Of a stretch of 64,000 bases of DNA, positions 47,954-57,700 are shown piece by piece. Under the pieces are notes generated by a model that saw nothing but the letters and a program-made list of their open reading frames with translations, was not told where the DNA came from and searched no databases. The position numbers and the translations under genes are program-made. The stretch's first letter is position 1; each line of letters opens with the position of its first letter. The DNA comes from Eubacteriales bacterium (GTDB taxonomy: Bacteria; Bacillota; Clostridia; Oscillospirales; CAG-272): assembly GCA_045532805.1 (NCBI GenBank), contig JAZSGQ010000032.1, forward strand, positions 21,107-85,106, in the 5' to 3' direction.

Positions 47954-49239
47954 TCCTCTGCCGCCTCCTCTCCCGCAAGGGTCCCCTCAAGGAAGAACAC
48001 AGCACCCTCGCGCATACGGCTTGCGGCCTCGATGACCTCTTCCCTGCCGACGCGCATCAACGCCTCGCGGCGGCTCTCCACCGTTTCCGAAATACCGCCC
48101 AACGCGCGCCCCATATAAAAGCCGAACAGTGCGGCGGGATTATCGTACATCTGACGGTAGGCGTTTGTGATCGAGCGGCGCGCGGCATCAAACTCGGTTT
48201 CACTGATATCGCCGCGCACGATCGCGTCAAATTCCGCGCGAATGGCCGCCTCGGTCACCTCGCGGTTCTCCACCTTCATGCCCGACGCCGCAAACATCAC
48301 GCCTTTATAGAGATCCAGAGAAGAACTGCAATGATAGCAAAGACTGCGGCGCTCGCGCACGTTCAAAAACAGTTTGGATGCGGCCGATCCGCCGAAGATC
48401 TCGTTGACCATCACCATCGCGGGCGAGAGGGGGTGGGAAAGCGTCACGTCGGTGCGATAGCCGATCGCGAGTTTGCCCTGACACAACGGCATCTGCTCGG
48501 TGGCGCGCTTGACACTCCCTGTGGGAAGCAACACGCGCGTTTGTAGGGTGGGCAGGTTGCCCTTGGCGGTGTCAAACTCTTTTGCCAGCAATTCCGCCAC
48601 GCGCGCGGGGTCGCTGTTTCCAATGTAAAAGAACGTGGGCGCCACAGTGGAAAGAAGCGTATGCCACGCCGCGGTCAGCGTCTCGGGCGTGATAGCGTCT
48701 ACGGTAGATTCCTCTCCAATGAGCGACTGTGCATAGGGCTCCCCCTCGCATAAGAGGGCGCGGCAACGCGATCTGGCGTAAGCGCGCGGCGCATTGATGC
48801 GTGCGCGAATCGCGTCACGCAGATTCTTTTTTTCACTCTCCACGTAAGGGGTGTGGAAGTGCCCCTCGGGCGCAAAAGGACGGTAGAGCAACTCCGCCAT
48901 AAGTTCGGTCACCTGCGGCAAAAGCCCCTCGCCGCCGCCCACAAAGCGCGCACCGAGGAAGTCTGCGGTGACTCCCAGGATCTGCATATCTCCCGCGCGG
49001 CGGTTATACGGCGTGATCGCGGTGGAATACAGATCGTCCAGATGTCGGTAAAACAGTGCCTTGGTCGGATAGCGCTCCGTACCGCGGCGCAAGAGTTCAA
49101 AGAAAAGCGCGTGATTCTGCGCCGTTTCGGCGGCGGTCGGTATGGCGAACTGCACCGCAAGCAGTTCGCTCTTGAAGCGATCTGTGCGAATGGCAAGCAG
49201 CCGTGCGCGATCCCCCACCGGGTAAATCGTTGGTCTCAT
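47950..49239 (-). CDS. M16 family peptidase-like protein lacking HxxEH (probable non-catalytic partner)
   Basis: A 429-aa ORF with an M16-like length and layout, but the equivalent region reads ALFFELLRRGT. It overlaps the downstream paralog by 4 nt. Confidence 0.8.
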   Translation of the reverse strand: MRPTIYPVGDRARLLAIRTDRFKSELLAVQFAIPTAAETAQNHALFFELLRRGTERYPTKALFYRHLDDLYSTAITPYNRRAGDMQILGVTADFLGARFVGGGEGLLPQVTELMAELLYRPFAPEGHFHTPYVESEKKNLRDAIRARINAPRAYARSRCRALLCEGEPYAQSLIGEESTVDAITPETLTAAWHTLLSTVAPTFFYIGNSDPARVAELLAKEFDTAKGNLPTLQTRVLLPTGSVKRATEQMPLCQGKLAIGYRTDVTLSHPLSPAMVMVNEIFGGSAASKLFLNVRERRSLCYHCSSSLDLYKGVMFAASGMKVENREVTEAAIRAEFDAIVRGDISETEFDAARRSITNAYRQMYDNPAALFGFYMGRALGGISETVESRREALMRVGREEVIEAASRMREGAVFFLEGTLAGEEAAEE

Positions 49240-49322
49240 ATATCTTCCTTATGTATTGCGAAATAATAGATAGTTATATTATACCCCATGCGCTCCGCTT
49301 TTGCAAGTGCCTGGTGTAAAAA

Positions 49323-49353
49323 GAAGAAAGACCGCCTGCGACGGTCTTTCTTC
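49323..49353 (-). terminator. Intrinsic terminator downstream of mrp
   Basis: A perfect 12-bp stem, gaagaaagaccg/cggtctttcttc. On the minus strand ttttt follows. Confidence 0.8.
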
Positions 49354-49357
49354 AAGG

Positions 49358-50194
49358 TCATTTCAGTTTATCCGCGATCATAGCGGCGGCATCGGCCAGC
49401 GGGTTGTCCGTGACGGACTCCACGCGTCCTTCGTCCACAAGCGCGGCAATGGCGGGATCCAGCGGCACGCGCGCCAGAACGGGGTAGCCAAACTCACGCG
49501 CCACCTCGCCGATATGGCTCTGGCCGAACACGGCGATCTCACGACCGCAATCGGGGCACTTCACAAAGCTCATGTTCTCCACAAGGCCGAGCACGGGCAC
49601 GTTCATCATATTCGCCATGTTGGCGGCCTTGGACACGATCATCGAAACCAGTTCCTGCGGACTGCTGACGATCACGGCACCGTCCAGTTTGATGGACTGG
49701 AAGACTGTGAGGGGCACGTCGCCCGTGCCGGGAGGGCAGTCGATGAGCAGAAAATCCACGTCGTCCCAGATGAAATCGGTGTAAAACTGCTTTACGGTAC
49801 CCGCGATCACGGGGCCACGCCATACCACGGGACTCTTTTCGTCGGGCAACAACAGATTGAGGGACATCACGTCGATGCCACCCGCGGTCTTGGGCGGGAA
49901 CAGTCCGCTCTCGTCACCGTCAAAGCCCTGCACGGGCGCAAGGCCAAAGGCCTTGGGGATCGAGGGGCCCGTGATATCCGCGTCGAGAATACCAACGTGG
50001 TAGCCCATTTTGGAAAGCGCCACGGCAAGCATCGAGGTCACAAGAGATTTACCCACACCTCCCTTGCCACTCATCACGGCGATGGTGTGCTTGATCGAAC
50101 TCTCGGCGTGCGGCTGCTCGTGCTGGGGAGCGGTGCGTTGAGAGCAATTGCTGGAGCACGAAGAGCAATCGTGCGTGCAAGTATTTTCAGCCAT
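49358..50194 (-). CDS. Mrp/NBP35 (ApbC) family Fe-S cluster carrier ATPase
   Basis: It has the deviant Walker A MSGKGGVGKS, a Cys-rich N-terminus (CTHDCSSCSSNC) and the C-terminal CPDCG. I chose the ATG at 50194. Confidence 0.9.
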   Translation of the reverse strand: MAENTCTHDCSSCSSNCSQRTAPQHEQPHAESSIKHTIAVMSGKGGVGKSLVTSMLAVALSKMGYHVGILDADITGPSIPKAFGLAPVQGFDGDESGLFPPKTAGGIDVMSLNLLLPDEKSPVVWRGPVIAGTVKQFYTDFIWDDVDFLLIDCPPGTGDVPLTVFQSIKLDGAVIVSSPQELVSMIVSKAANMANMMNVPVLGLVENMSFVKCPDCGREIAVFGQSHIGEVAREFGYPVLARVPLDPAIAALVDEGRVESVTDNPLADAAAMIADKLK

Positions 50195-50298
50195 AGATTC
50201 TACCTTTCTGCCGCCCTCGGCGGCTCTGTCATTCCATATTATTATACACCTTTCTGAGAGAAAATCAAGTCCCAAACCAAAAAATCCCTTCCCCGTGC

Positions 50299-50327
50299 TT
50301 GTCAAGCAAGGGAAATTGTGCTATAAT
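50299..50327 (+). promoter_or_regulatory. Candidate sigma-A promoter of the ABC exporter operon
   Basis: It reads TTGTCA, 17 nt, TATAAT, with an extended TGc at 50319-50321. Confidence 0.6.
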
Positions 50328-50357
50328 GATGACATTATGAAGAAAGGAGGATCACGT

Positions 50358-52082
50358 ATGGGTAAAATACTGCGCTATTTGAAGCATTATAAACTCGAAT
50401 CGGTGCTGGGCCCGTTGTTTAAGATGCTGGAAGCACTCTTTGAACTGTTCGTTCCGTTGCTCGTGGCGGACATTGTGGACGTGGGCATTGCAAACGGCGA
50501 TATGCCCTATATTTTAAAGCGCTGTGCGCTGATGGTCCTTCTGGGCGTTGTGGGGCTTGCCGCGTCGGTGACCGCACAGTATTTCTCGGCCAAAGCGGCA
50601 GTGGGTATGGCCACCGAACTCCGTTTTGCACTCTTCCAAAAGATCGGACGGCTTTCCTACCGTGAAACCGACCGTTTCGGCACCGCAACCCTCCTCTCCC
50701 GTACCACCTCGGACGTGGGACAGATCCAGAACACCGTCAATCTGGTGCTCCGCCTCTTCCTGCGTTCGCCCTTCATCGTGTTCGGCGCGATGATCATGGC
50801 CTTTACCGTTTCCCCCACCGCCGCGCGCACCTTCCTTATCACGATTCCCGCGCTCTCGGTGGTTATTTTCGGCATTATGCTCATCAGTATTCCGATCTAC
50901 GGACGCGTGCAAGCAAAACTTGACCGCGTACTGGGGCTCACACGCGAAAACCTCAAGGGCGCACGTGTGGTGCGTGCCTTTGTGCGTGAGCGGGAGTCCA
51001 TTGACGAGTTCACCGCTGCCAATGCAGAACTTACACGCCTCCAACGCTTTTCAGGGCGCGTGTCGGCATTGCTCAATCCCCTGACGCTGGTGATCATCAA
51101 CCTCTCCATTCTCGCCATCGTTTATCTCGGCGGTGTGGAGGTAAACAGCGGCACACTCGGCAAGGGTGACGTGATCGCGCTTTACAACTATATGTCCCAG
51201 ATCTTGGTGGAACTGATCAAACTCGCCAACTTCATCATTCTCATCACCAAGGCCTGTGCCTGCGGAAAGCGTATCAACCAGATTTTCGACGCGCCCGAGG
51301 GACTTCCCAAGAGCGAAGAAAAACAGAATATGTGCCATAACGGTGTGGAATTTCGCCACGTTTCCCTCGCATATAACGCTGGGGGCGAGCAGGCACTTAC
51401 CGACATTTCCCTCACGGCGGGCGCAGGCGAGACCGTCGGCATCATCGGCGGCACAGGCTCGGGAAAATCCTCCCTTGTCAATCTCATTCCGCGTCTGTAT
51501 GACGTGAGCGAGGGCGCCGTGCTCGTGGGCGGCGCGGACGTGCGCGAACAGGACCTTGACGCACTGCGCGCACGCATCGGCATCGTGCCGCAAAAAGCGG
51601 AACTGTTTGCGGGCACCATACGCGAAAATCTTCTGTGGGGTGATGCCACTGCCGACGATGCTCTATTATATGAAGCGTTGGAAGCCGCGCAGGCCGCCGA
51701 CTTCGTGCGCGCCAAAGAGGGCGCACTGGACGCTCCCGTGGAACAGGGCGGTCGCAATTTCTCGGGCGGCCAGCGTCAACGATTGACAGTGGCGCGCGCC
51801 CTTGTCAGACGCCCGCAGATCCTGATTCTAGACGATAGTGCCTCGGCGCTGGATTACGCCACCGATGCCGCACTGCGCGCGTCGATTGCGTCTCTTCCCT
51901 ACCGTCCCACCGTGTTTATCGTGAGTCAGCGCACCGCTTCCATCGAGACCGCCGACAGGATCCTCGTGTTGGAGGACGGTAAGACCGCAGGCATCGGCAC
52001 GCACGCCGAACTCCTTGAAAACTGCCCCGTATACCGTGAGATCTATGACTCGCAATTTAAGAGCGAGGAGGTGATCCCGTGA
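50358..52082 (+). CDS. ABC exporter, fused permease and ATPase (half-transporter 1 of a heterodimer)
   Basis: The ATG at 50358 follows AAAGGAGG. A six-TM domain is followed by Walker A GGTGSGKSS, the signature FSGGQRQRL and Walker B LILDDSASALD. Confidence 0.92.
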   Translation: MGKILRYLKHYKLESVLGPLFKMLEALFELFVPLLVADIVDVGIANGDMPYILKRCALMVLLGVVGLAASVTAQYFSAKAAVGMATELRFALFQKIGRLSYRETDRFGTATLLSRTTSDVGQIQNTVNLVLRLFLRSPFIVFGAMIMAFTVSPTAARTFLITIPALSVVIFGIMLISIPIYGRVQAKLDRVLGLTRENLKGARVVRAFVRERESIDEFTAANAELTRLQRFSGRVSALLNPLTLVIINLSILAIVYLGGVEVNSGTLGKGDVIALYNYMSQILVELIKLANFIILITKACACGKRINQIFDAPEGLPKSEEKQNMCHNGVEFRHVSLAYNAGGEQALTDISLTAGAGETVGIIGGTGSGKSSLVNLIPRLYDVSEGAVLVGGADVREQDLDALRARIGIVPQKAELFAGTIRENLLWGDATADDALLYEALEAAQAADFVRAKEGALDAPVEQGGRNFSGGQRQRLTVARALVRRPQILILDDSASALDYATDAALRASIASLPYRPTVFIVSQRTASIETADRILVLEDGKTAGIGTHAELLENCPVYREIYDSQFKSEEVIP

Positions 52083-53860
52083 GTAAAAAGGCAATAAAAA
52101 AAGCACCGCGCGGCACGTTGCGGCGCGTGCTCTCCTATCTGCGCGGCTACCGCTCGTACCTCGCCGCATCACTTGTGTTAAGTCTTGTGACCGTGGCGTT
52201 CACCCTATGGCTCCCCGTGCTGATCGGCGAAGCCATTGACTTGATGTTAGCCCCCGGACGGGTCGAGTTTTCCGCCATTTTGGATATCTTCAAACTGGCG
52301 GCGCTCCTCATTCTCATCACCGCCGCGTGTCAATGGCTGATGAACGTTTGTAACAACAAAATGACCTATGGCGTGGCACGCAATATCCGCAACGACGCCT
52401 TCCGCCATCTGCAAAAACTGCCGCTTTCCTATCTGGATACGCATAAGATCGGCGACACCGTCAGCCGACTGGTCGCTGACGTGGATCAGTTCACCGACGG
52501 TCTGTTGCTCGGCTTCACACAACTCTTCACGGGGGTGCTCACGATTCTTGGCACCCTGGCATTTATGCTGTGGATCCACCCCGGCATCACACTGGTTGTT
52601 GTAGTGGTCACTCCCCTGTCGTTGTTCGTCGCTTCCTTTATCGCAAAGCGCACGTACAATATGTTCCAGTTGCAAACCCGCATTCGCGGTCAACAGACCG
52701 CACTCATGGAAGAGGCGATCAGTTCTCACAAAGTGGTCGTGGCGTTCTCACAGGAAGACGAGTTGCTCCAAAAATTCGACGAACTGAACACCCGCCTCGG
52801 CAAGGCGTCGCTGAATGCCACCTTCTTCTCTTCTTTGGTCAACCCCTCCACACGCTTTGTTAACAGTCTTGTATATACGGGCGTAGCACTGGTGGGTGCT
52901 GTCACTGTGATGGGAAGCGGCGGTGCCGCGATCACAGTCGGCGCACTGTCCACCTTCCTCTCGTATGCCAATCAGTACACCAAGCCCTTCAACGAGATAT
53001 CGGGCGTGGTAACCGAACTGCAAAGTGCACTTGCCTCGGCCGCACGCATCTTTGAAGTCCTGGACGCCACCCCCGAACAACCCGACAACGAAAATGCAAC
53101 CGCTTTGTTACACCCTGCCGGGCGTGTCACGTTCCGCGACGTTGCTTTCTCCTACAAACCCGAGCGTCCTCTCATTCGTGATCTGGATCTTGAGGTACTC
53201 CCCGGTCAGCATGTGGCCATCGTCGGCCCGACGGGCTGTGGCAAGACCACGCTCATCAATCTGCTGATGCGCTTCTATGACGTGAAGGAAGGTGCCATTC
53301 TCATTGACGGTACCGACCTGCGCGATATGACGCGCGAGAGTCTGCGGAACTCGGTCGGCATGGTGTTGCAAGAGACCTGGCTCCGAGCAGGGACCGTAGC
53401 CGATAACATTGCATTCGGCAACCCCGATGCCACGCGCGAACAGATCGTGGCGGCCGCCAAGGCGGCGCACGCCCATAGCTTTATCAAGCGCTTGCCAAAA
53501 GGGTATGATACCGTGATCGGCGAGGAAGGCGGTTCACTTTCGCAGGGACAGAAGCAGTTGCTTTGCATCAGCCGCCTGATGCTCTCCCCTCCCCCTATGC
53601 TCATTCTGGACGAGGCCACCTCCTCGATCGACACCCGCACCGAGCGACGCATACAACGCGCATTCGCCACGTTGATGCGAGGGCGCACCTCTTTTGTGGT
53701 CGCTCACCGACTCTCCACTATTAAAGAATCCGATCTCATTCTTGTCATGAAAGACGGACAGGTTGTGGAGCAAGGAAAGCACGAAGAATTGCTCCGGCGA
53801 AAAGGATTCTATCACACACTGTATCACAGTCAGTTCGCGCAAAGCGAAGCCGAGGCATAA
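52079..53860 (+). CDS. ABC exporter, fused permease and ATPase (half-transporter 2)
   Basis: It overlaps the upstream gene by 4 nt. Walker A GPTGCGKTT, signature LSQGQKQLL, Walker B LILDEATSSID. Confidence 0.92.
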   Translation: MSKKAIKKAPRGTLRRVLSYLRGYRSYLAASLVLSLVTVAFTLWLPVLIGEAIDLMLAPGRVEFSAILDIFKLAALLILITAACQWLMNVCNNKMTYGVARNIRNDAFRHLQKLPLSYLDTHKIGDTVSRLVADVDQFTDGLLLGFTQLFTGVLTILGTLAFMLWIHPGITLVVVVVTPLSLFVASFIAKRTYNMFQLQTRIRGQQTALMEEAISSHKVVVAFSQEDELLQKFDELNTRLGKASLNATFFSSLVNPSTRFVNSLVYTGVALVGAVTVMGSGGAAITVGALSTFLSYANQYTKPFNEISGVVTELQSALASAARIFEVLDATPEQPDNENATALLHPAGRVTFRDVAFSYKPERPLIRDLDLEVLPGQHVAIVGPTGCGKTTLINLLMRFYDVKEGAILIDGTDLRDMTRESLRNSVGMVLQETWLRAGTVADNIAFGNPDATREQIVAAAKAAHAHSFIKRLPKGYDTVIGEEGGSLSQGQKQLLCISRLMLSPPPMLILDEATSSIDTRTERRIQRAFATLMRGRTSFVVAHRLSTIKESDLILVMKDGQVVEQGKHEELLRRKGFYHTLYHSQFAQSEAEA

Positions 53861-53874
53861 TGAAAACAACGTCC

Positions 53875-53905
53875 AAAGGGCCGCCATTGTTTGGCGGCCC
53901 TTTTT
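53875..53905 (+). terminator. Intrinsic terminator of the ABC exporter operon
   Basis: The hairpin gggccgcca-ttgtt-tggcggccc is followed by ttttt. Confidence 0.85.
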
Positions 53906-54180
53906 GTGTCTCGGTTTCGCTGTTTTGTGTCGGTTAATTCGCGTTGTTGGAGAATCTCGTCAATTTCTCACGTTTGTTTTTGGAAATTCTATTTACTTTT
54001 TTGGAATTTTTGTCGGGTGCAGAATTGATGCTTGTGCGCGTTTCTTTCCTCTCGTCACGCAAACCACCCGCCCCTCAAGGGAGACCTTCGCCCGCTTTTT
54101 TCAAAATGGCACAATGCGTTATTGCACGCATGGAGAACAATATCCACTATTTTATGATTCCGTATCGCACAATCCCGCGT

Positions 54181-54347
54181 CATCCTGAGCGCAGCATGCA
54201 CTCGCCGCGCGAATGCGGCGGAGTCGAACTGCAAAGCAGTGCCGAGCAAAGCGAAGGCAGGATCTCGCGGAACGCAATGTAGCCCCCCTGCAAGACCCTG
54301 CACGCCTGCGGCGCGCACCGCTTTGCGGTTCGACTCCGCTCAGGGTG
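54181..54347 (+). repeat. GC-rich imperfect palindrome with a 20-bp inner stem, an 8-bp outer stem and an 82-nt interior
   Basis: Nt 54218-54237 (gcggagtcgaactgcaaagc) pairs with 54320-54339 (gctttgcggttcgactccgc) at 19 Watson-Crick pairs plus one T-G. Nt 54181-54188 (catcctga) pairs with 54340-54347 (tcagggtg) with one T-G. Both imperfections are wobble-compatible only in the plus-sense RNA. Confidence 0.6.
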
Positions 54348-54598
54348 GCGCAGGGGGCGCATACGGCGTCGTGCGACAAAACAAATTGTAACGATTTTGT
54401 TCAAATTGCCCCACGGCCGTACCCCACCGAAGAAAGCAAAAAACGGAGTCGCAAAAAGCCCAGCAATGGCGCGGATTTGCGCGTTTTCGATTTCTTCACA
54501 TTCAATTTACAACTCGTCCTTTTTTCTTCCCGTCACGGCACATTTTTCCTCCCCGTTTTGTGCGAACCGCCAAAAGTTGTCTTTTGTGGCAAAACCTA

Positions 54599-54627
54599 TT
54601 GACTTTAATTATAAATTAGTGTAAAAT
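54599..54627 (+). promoter_or_regulatory. Near-consensus sigma-A promoter of the giant ORF
   Basis: It reads TTGACT, 17 nt, TAAAAT. This predicts a leader of about 80 nt before the ATG at 54715. Confidence 0.6.
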
Positions 54628-54714
54628 GGCCGTGAACAAGTATATTATACGTGCGAAGTTAATTACTTGAGACTTTTGTATCGGGGGATCAAGCCCTCGA
54701 GGAAAGAGGTAAAC

Positions 54715-57700
54715 ATGAACAAAACCTTAAGACGAGCATTGACGTTCCTGATCATTGCGACCTGTCTTGTGTGCGCCATGGCACTGTCGGCTTCGGCCTG
54801 TGCATGGGCAAACGCGCAAGCCGCAGAAGGAACCCCTGCGACTTACAGCTCGGACAGTGACGCATATGCTGCAGGAGTCCACCTCTACGGTGAATCGAAC
54901 TATTGCAGCGGAGTGAGCCGGGAGAACCTTTTCTCCTACGGGAACCTTTTCTCCTACGGCAAGCTCTATTGCGATCCTGCGAAGACAACGATTGCAGACG
55001 CCGTTAGGTGCTTCTACGACACTTGCCTTGTCGATAATCCCGAGAACACTGCAGCAGTGATGAAGATCCTCGACTACACAGAGGCGAATACTGCCGCAGA
55101 GTATAATCTCTACGTCTACGTGATCGACAGCAACGACACCGTCGTTCGCAAGACCGTGAGCGCCTACTACGGCTCGGCTGATCTCCAGACCGCAATCAAG
55201 GACGCTCAGGTTTACGACCTCGACGCCACGTCCAAAACCTGGGCGTTTGCTCGAATCAGCGAGTCTGGCACGGATATCGTCGTTTGCGCCGGTGATGATG
55301 CATGCGCCGTAGCTACGAAAGACCGTGTGAATGGCGGTTACCACTACACCCTCGACGGAAGCACCGGCGCGTACACCGTGTACTACACGCTCGACGCCGC
55401 TATGGCCGCATCGACCGCCTTTACCGACGTTGCCAACGTCACCAACGCAACCGCCAAGACGTTCAACTATGACGGCGTTACATATACCGTTACGACCTCT
55501 CTGTCTACCGACGAGCTTGCAAAGGAAGCAGGCGCGGCAGCCAAGGTTGGTGACGATCAGTATTTCAGCAACTTTGCCACGGCATTGAGCGCAGGCGGCG
55601 ACATTCTTGATTTCAATGCGACCGCATACACAAACACGCTCACCTTCAAGTTCAACAATCAGGACGTCACTGTCAAGACCGATGCCGCTTCGGTCATCGA
55701 TCTGATGGAGAACTCCTCGCTTGGATTCATGGTGGCCATTGGCGTTTCCGCCGACGGCACGCACAGCGTGATCAGCTACTACGACGCGGCTAATGCAGCT
55801 GAATGCAAGCCTCTTATCGAGGCAAGCGGCACCACCTATCAATGGGTGCAGCTTTACAACCGCTACGTCAATAGCTACAGTTACAGCATGCGCTATCTGT
55901 TTGTCTACGAGCGTCTTTCCGACTGCATCGAGGCAAGATACAACTGGTCCGAGGACGTTGTATATGAGGGCGTCCCCGTTGCCGACGGTTACACGCTGGA
56001 TCCCAACGGTTACAGTATCTACCGTTTGGACACGTTGGGCACCGACACGATCACCGATGGCTTCACCCTTTACAAAAACGGCAAAGATTTCCTGACGTGG
56101 AACATCAAGATTCACGTGCCCGGCTATACCAACGGCACCACTGCGGTGCAGCAGTATATCTCCAAGGTTCTGTCCGATGAGGGCGTATATCAGTGTTTCT
56201 CGTACGTGAACACCGGCGCGAAGCCCTTCTCGTTCTATAAGTCTGTATCCGACGTGATCGCGGCGGGCGATACGGGCAGCATATTTATGCTCGAGGCCGT
56301 CTACGATCCGACCGGAACGAACATTTTTGATGGCACCACCGCTACAACGGTAAGCGTAAACGGCACCACTTACAACTTCCGTGTCGCCACCGACTCCACC
56401 GCCCAGGAGATGCTGACCTCCGACGGAAGCGTCTACGCTACCGTGACCAACGGTGAGGACGTCTCCTACTACTCCTCTGCCGCGGCATTGAAGGATGCCG
56501 GCGAGCTTCAGGACACCACGACCTACATTATTCTTAAGAGCGATGGCACGATCCTGGAGTTCACGAGTTTTGCTGTTGCACTTGCCGCTTACACGGAAGG
56601 CACGCTTATGCCCGTGGCAACGGACGGCACGCTCACCACTACGCTGATGAGTTTTGCCGGCGTTATTTGCCCCGTGCAGCACAGCGGCACTGCCGACGAG
56701 TTTGCACTGTCCGAGGGCTATAAGTATAAGGTTGCCTACGTGTCAGTGCTTGCACTTGGCTCGACACCCGAATACGTTTACTATACGACGCTGGCCGATG
56801 CAACGGCAGCCGCAGGCGGCGCAACCGTTTACGATCTTGCCAACGCAAGTGAGAATACCGTCACCGTAACCGTTGACGGCACCGACTACACCCTTGCCAC
56901 CACGCTGACCGCCGACGTGCTTGCGATCGAGTTTGGTGCAAAGTACTCTGCAAACGGCGCTTATTTCACGACGCTTGAGAAGGCGAACGCTGCCCAGACC
57001 GACAAGATTCTTGTTGTGGGCACCGAGGCAAACGGCATTACACCTCTTTCCTACTATGCCGACCTTAAGGCCGCAGCGGCTGCAGGCGCTACCACGATCG
57101 TGGATCTGAACGCAACCGCTACCACTGCCACCACGGTGACGATGGACGGCATGACCTATACCGTCACCACCGACGAGACGTCTCTGGACGCGCTGGCCGT
57201 AGCACTTGGTGCAGTAGCAAAGCTTGGCGACGCGTACTACACGACGCTCTCCAAGGCGATCACGGCGCTCAGCGCAGCCGATCAGACCATCTATCTGATC
57301 GCCAACTATGCCCAGCCCGAACCGATCCGCGGCGGCGACCTTCCGGCTGAGACGGGCAAGGTATCTGCTCCCTACAACTTCACACTGAGCAGCACCGATC
57401 CCGAGAGCATCACGCTCACTATCAGTGGCAGCCGTCTTTTCGACCTGGGCGATGGCTCCAAGATCGTTCCCACGTTGAAGAACATCACGATCAACTGTGG
57501 CGCGAAGGATCTCGGCTACTTTAATAACGTCACCGTCATTCTTGATGAGGGCACCCACGTCTACGGTACCGGAAGCAGCAACGGTGTTGTATACGGAGGC
57601 GGCAACGCCAACATCACCGTCAATGCAGACGTAACGATCGAGGCAAGCGGCGCTAATCCTCTTTTCAAAATTCCTAAAGCCACGCTGACCATCAACGGCG

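Noticed and set aside
50358-53860. The idea that the two-gene ABC exporter is a dedicated secretion system for the adjacent giant protein.
   Set aside because: The giant protein has an ordinary N-terminal Sec signal peptide. A strong terminator (53875-53905) and 850 nt separate the units, and the giant gene has its own promoter. The exporter looks like a generic heterodimeric multidrug/lipid-type ABC pair. Adjacency alone is insufficient.
53977-54010. Two copies of TTTTTGGAAWTT spaced 21 nt apart in the AT-rich stretch after the ABC terminator.
   Set aside because: The repeat is short and low-complexity within a T-rich tract, and such matches are expected by chance. There is no adjacent -10/-35 pair or partner half-site to give it meaning.
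54320-54350. A tRNA or tmRNA-like T-arm string (GCGGTTCGACTCCGC) in the intergenic palindrome.
   Set aside because: No cloverleaf can be built. A matching 5' acceptor candidate lies only about 30 nt upstream, and there is no D-arm or anticodon arm and no CCA or discriminator context. The same string occurs inverted in the other arm, so it is part of the palindrome and not an RNA gene.
53763-54624. Small overlapping ORFs on both strands in the 850-nt gap (for example 53944-54282 +, 54213-54602 +, 54180-54404 -, 54055-54318 -).
   Set aside because: They are mutually overlapping in several frames, have no RBS, and run through the terminator and the palindromic element. Their translations are Arg/Pro/Ser-rich junk. 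I treat the region as non-coding.
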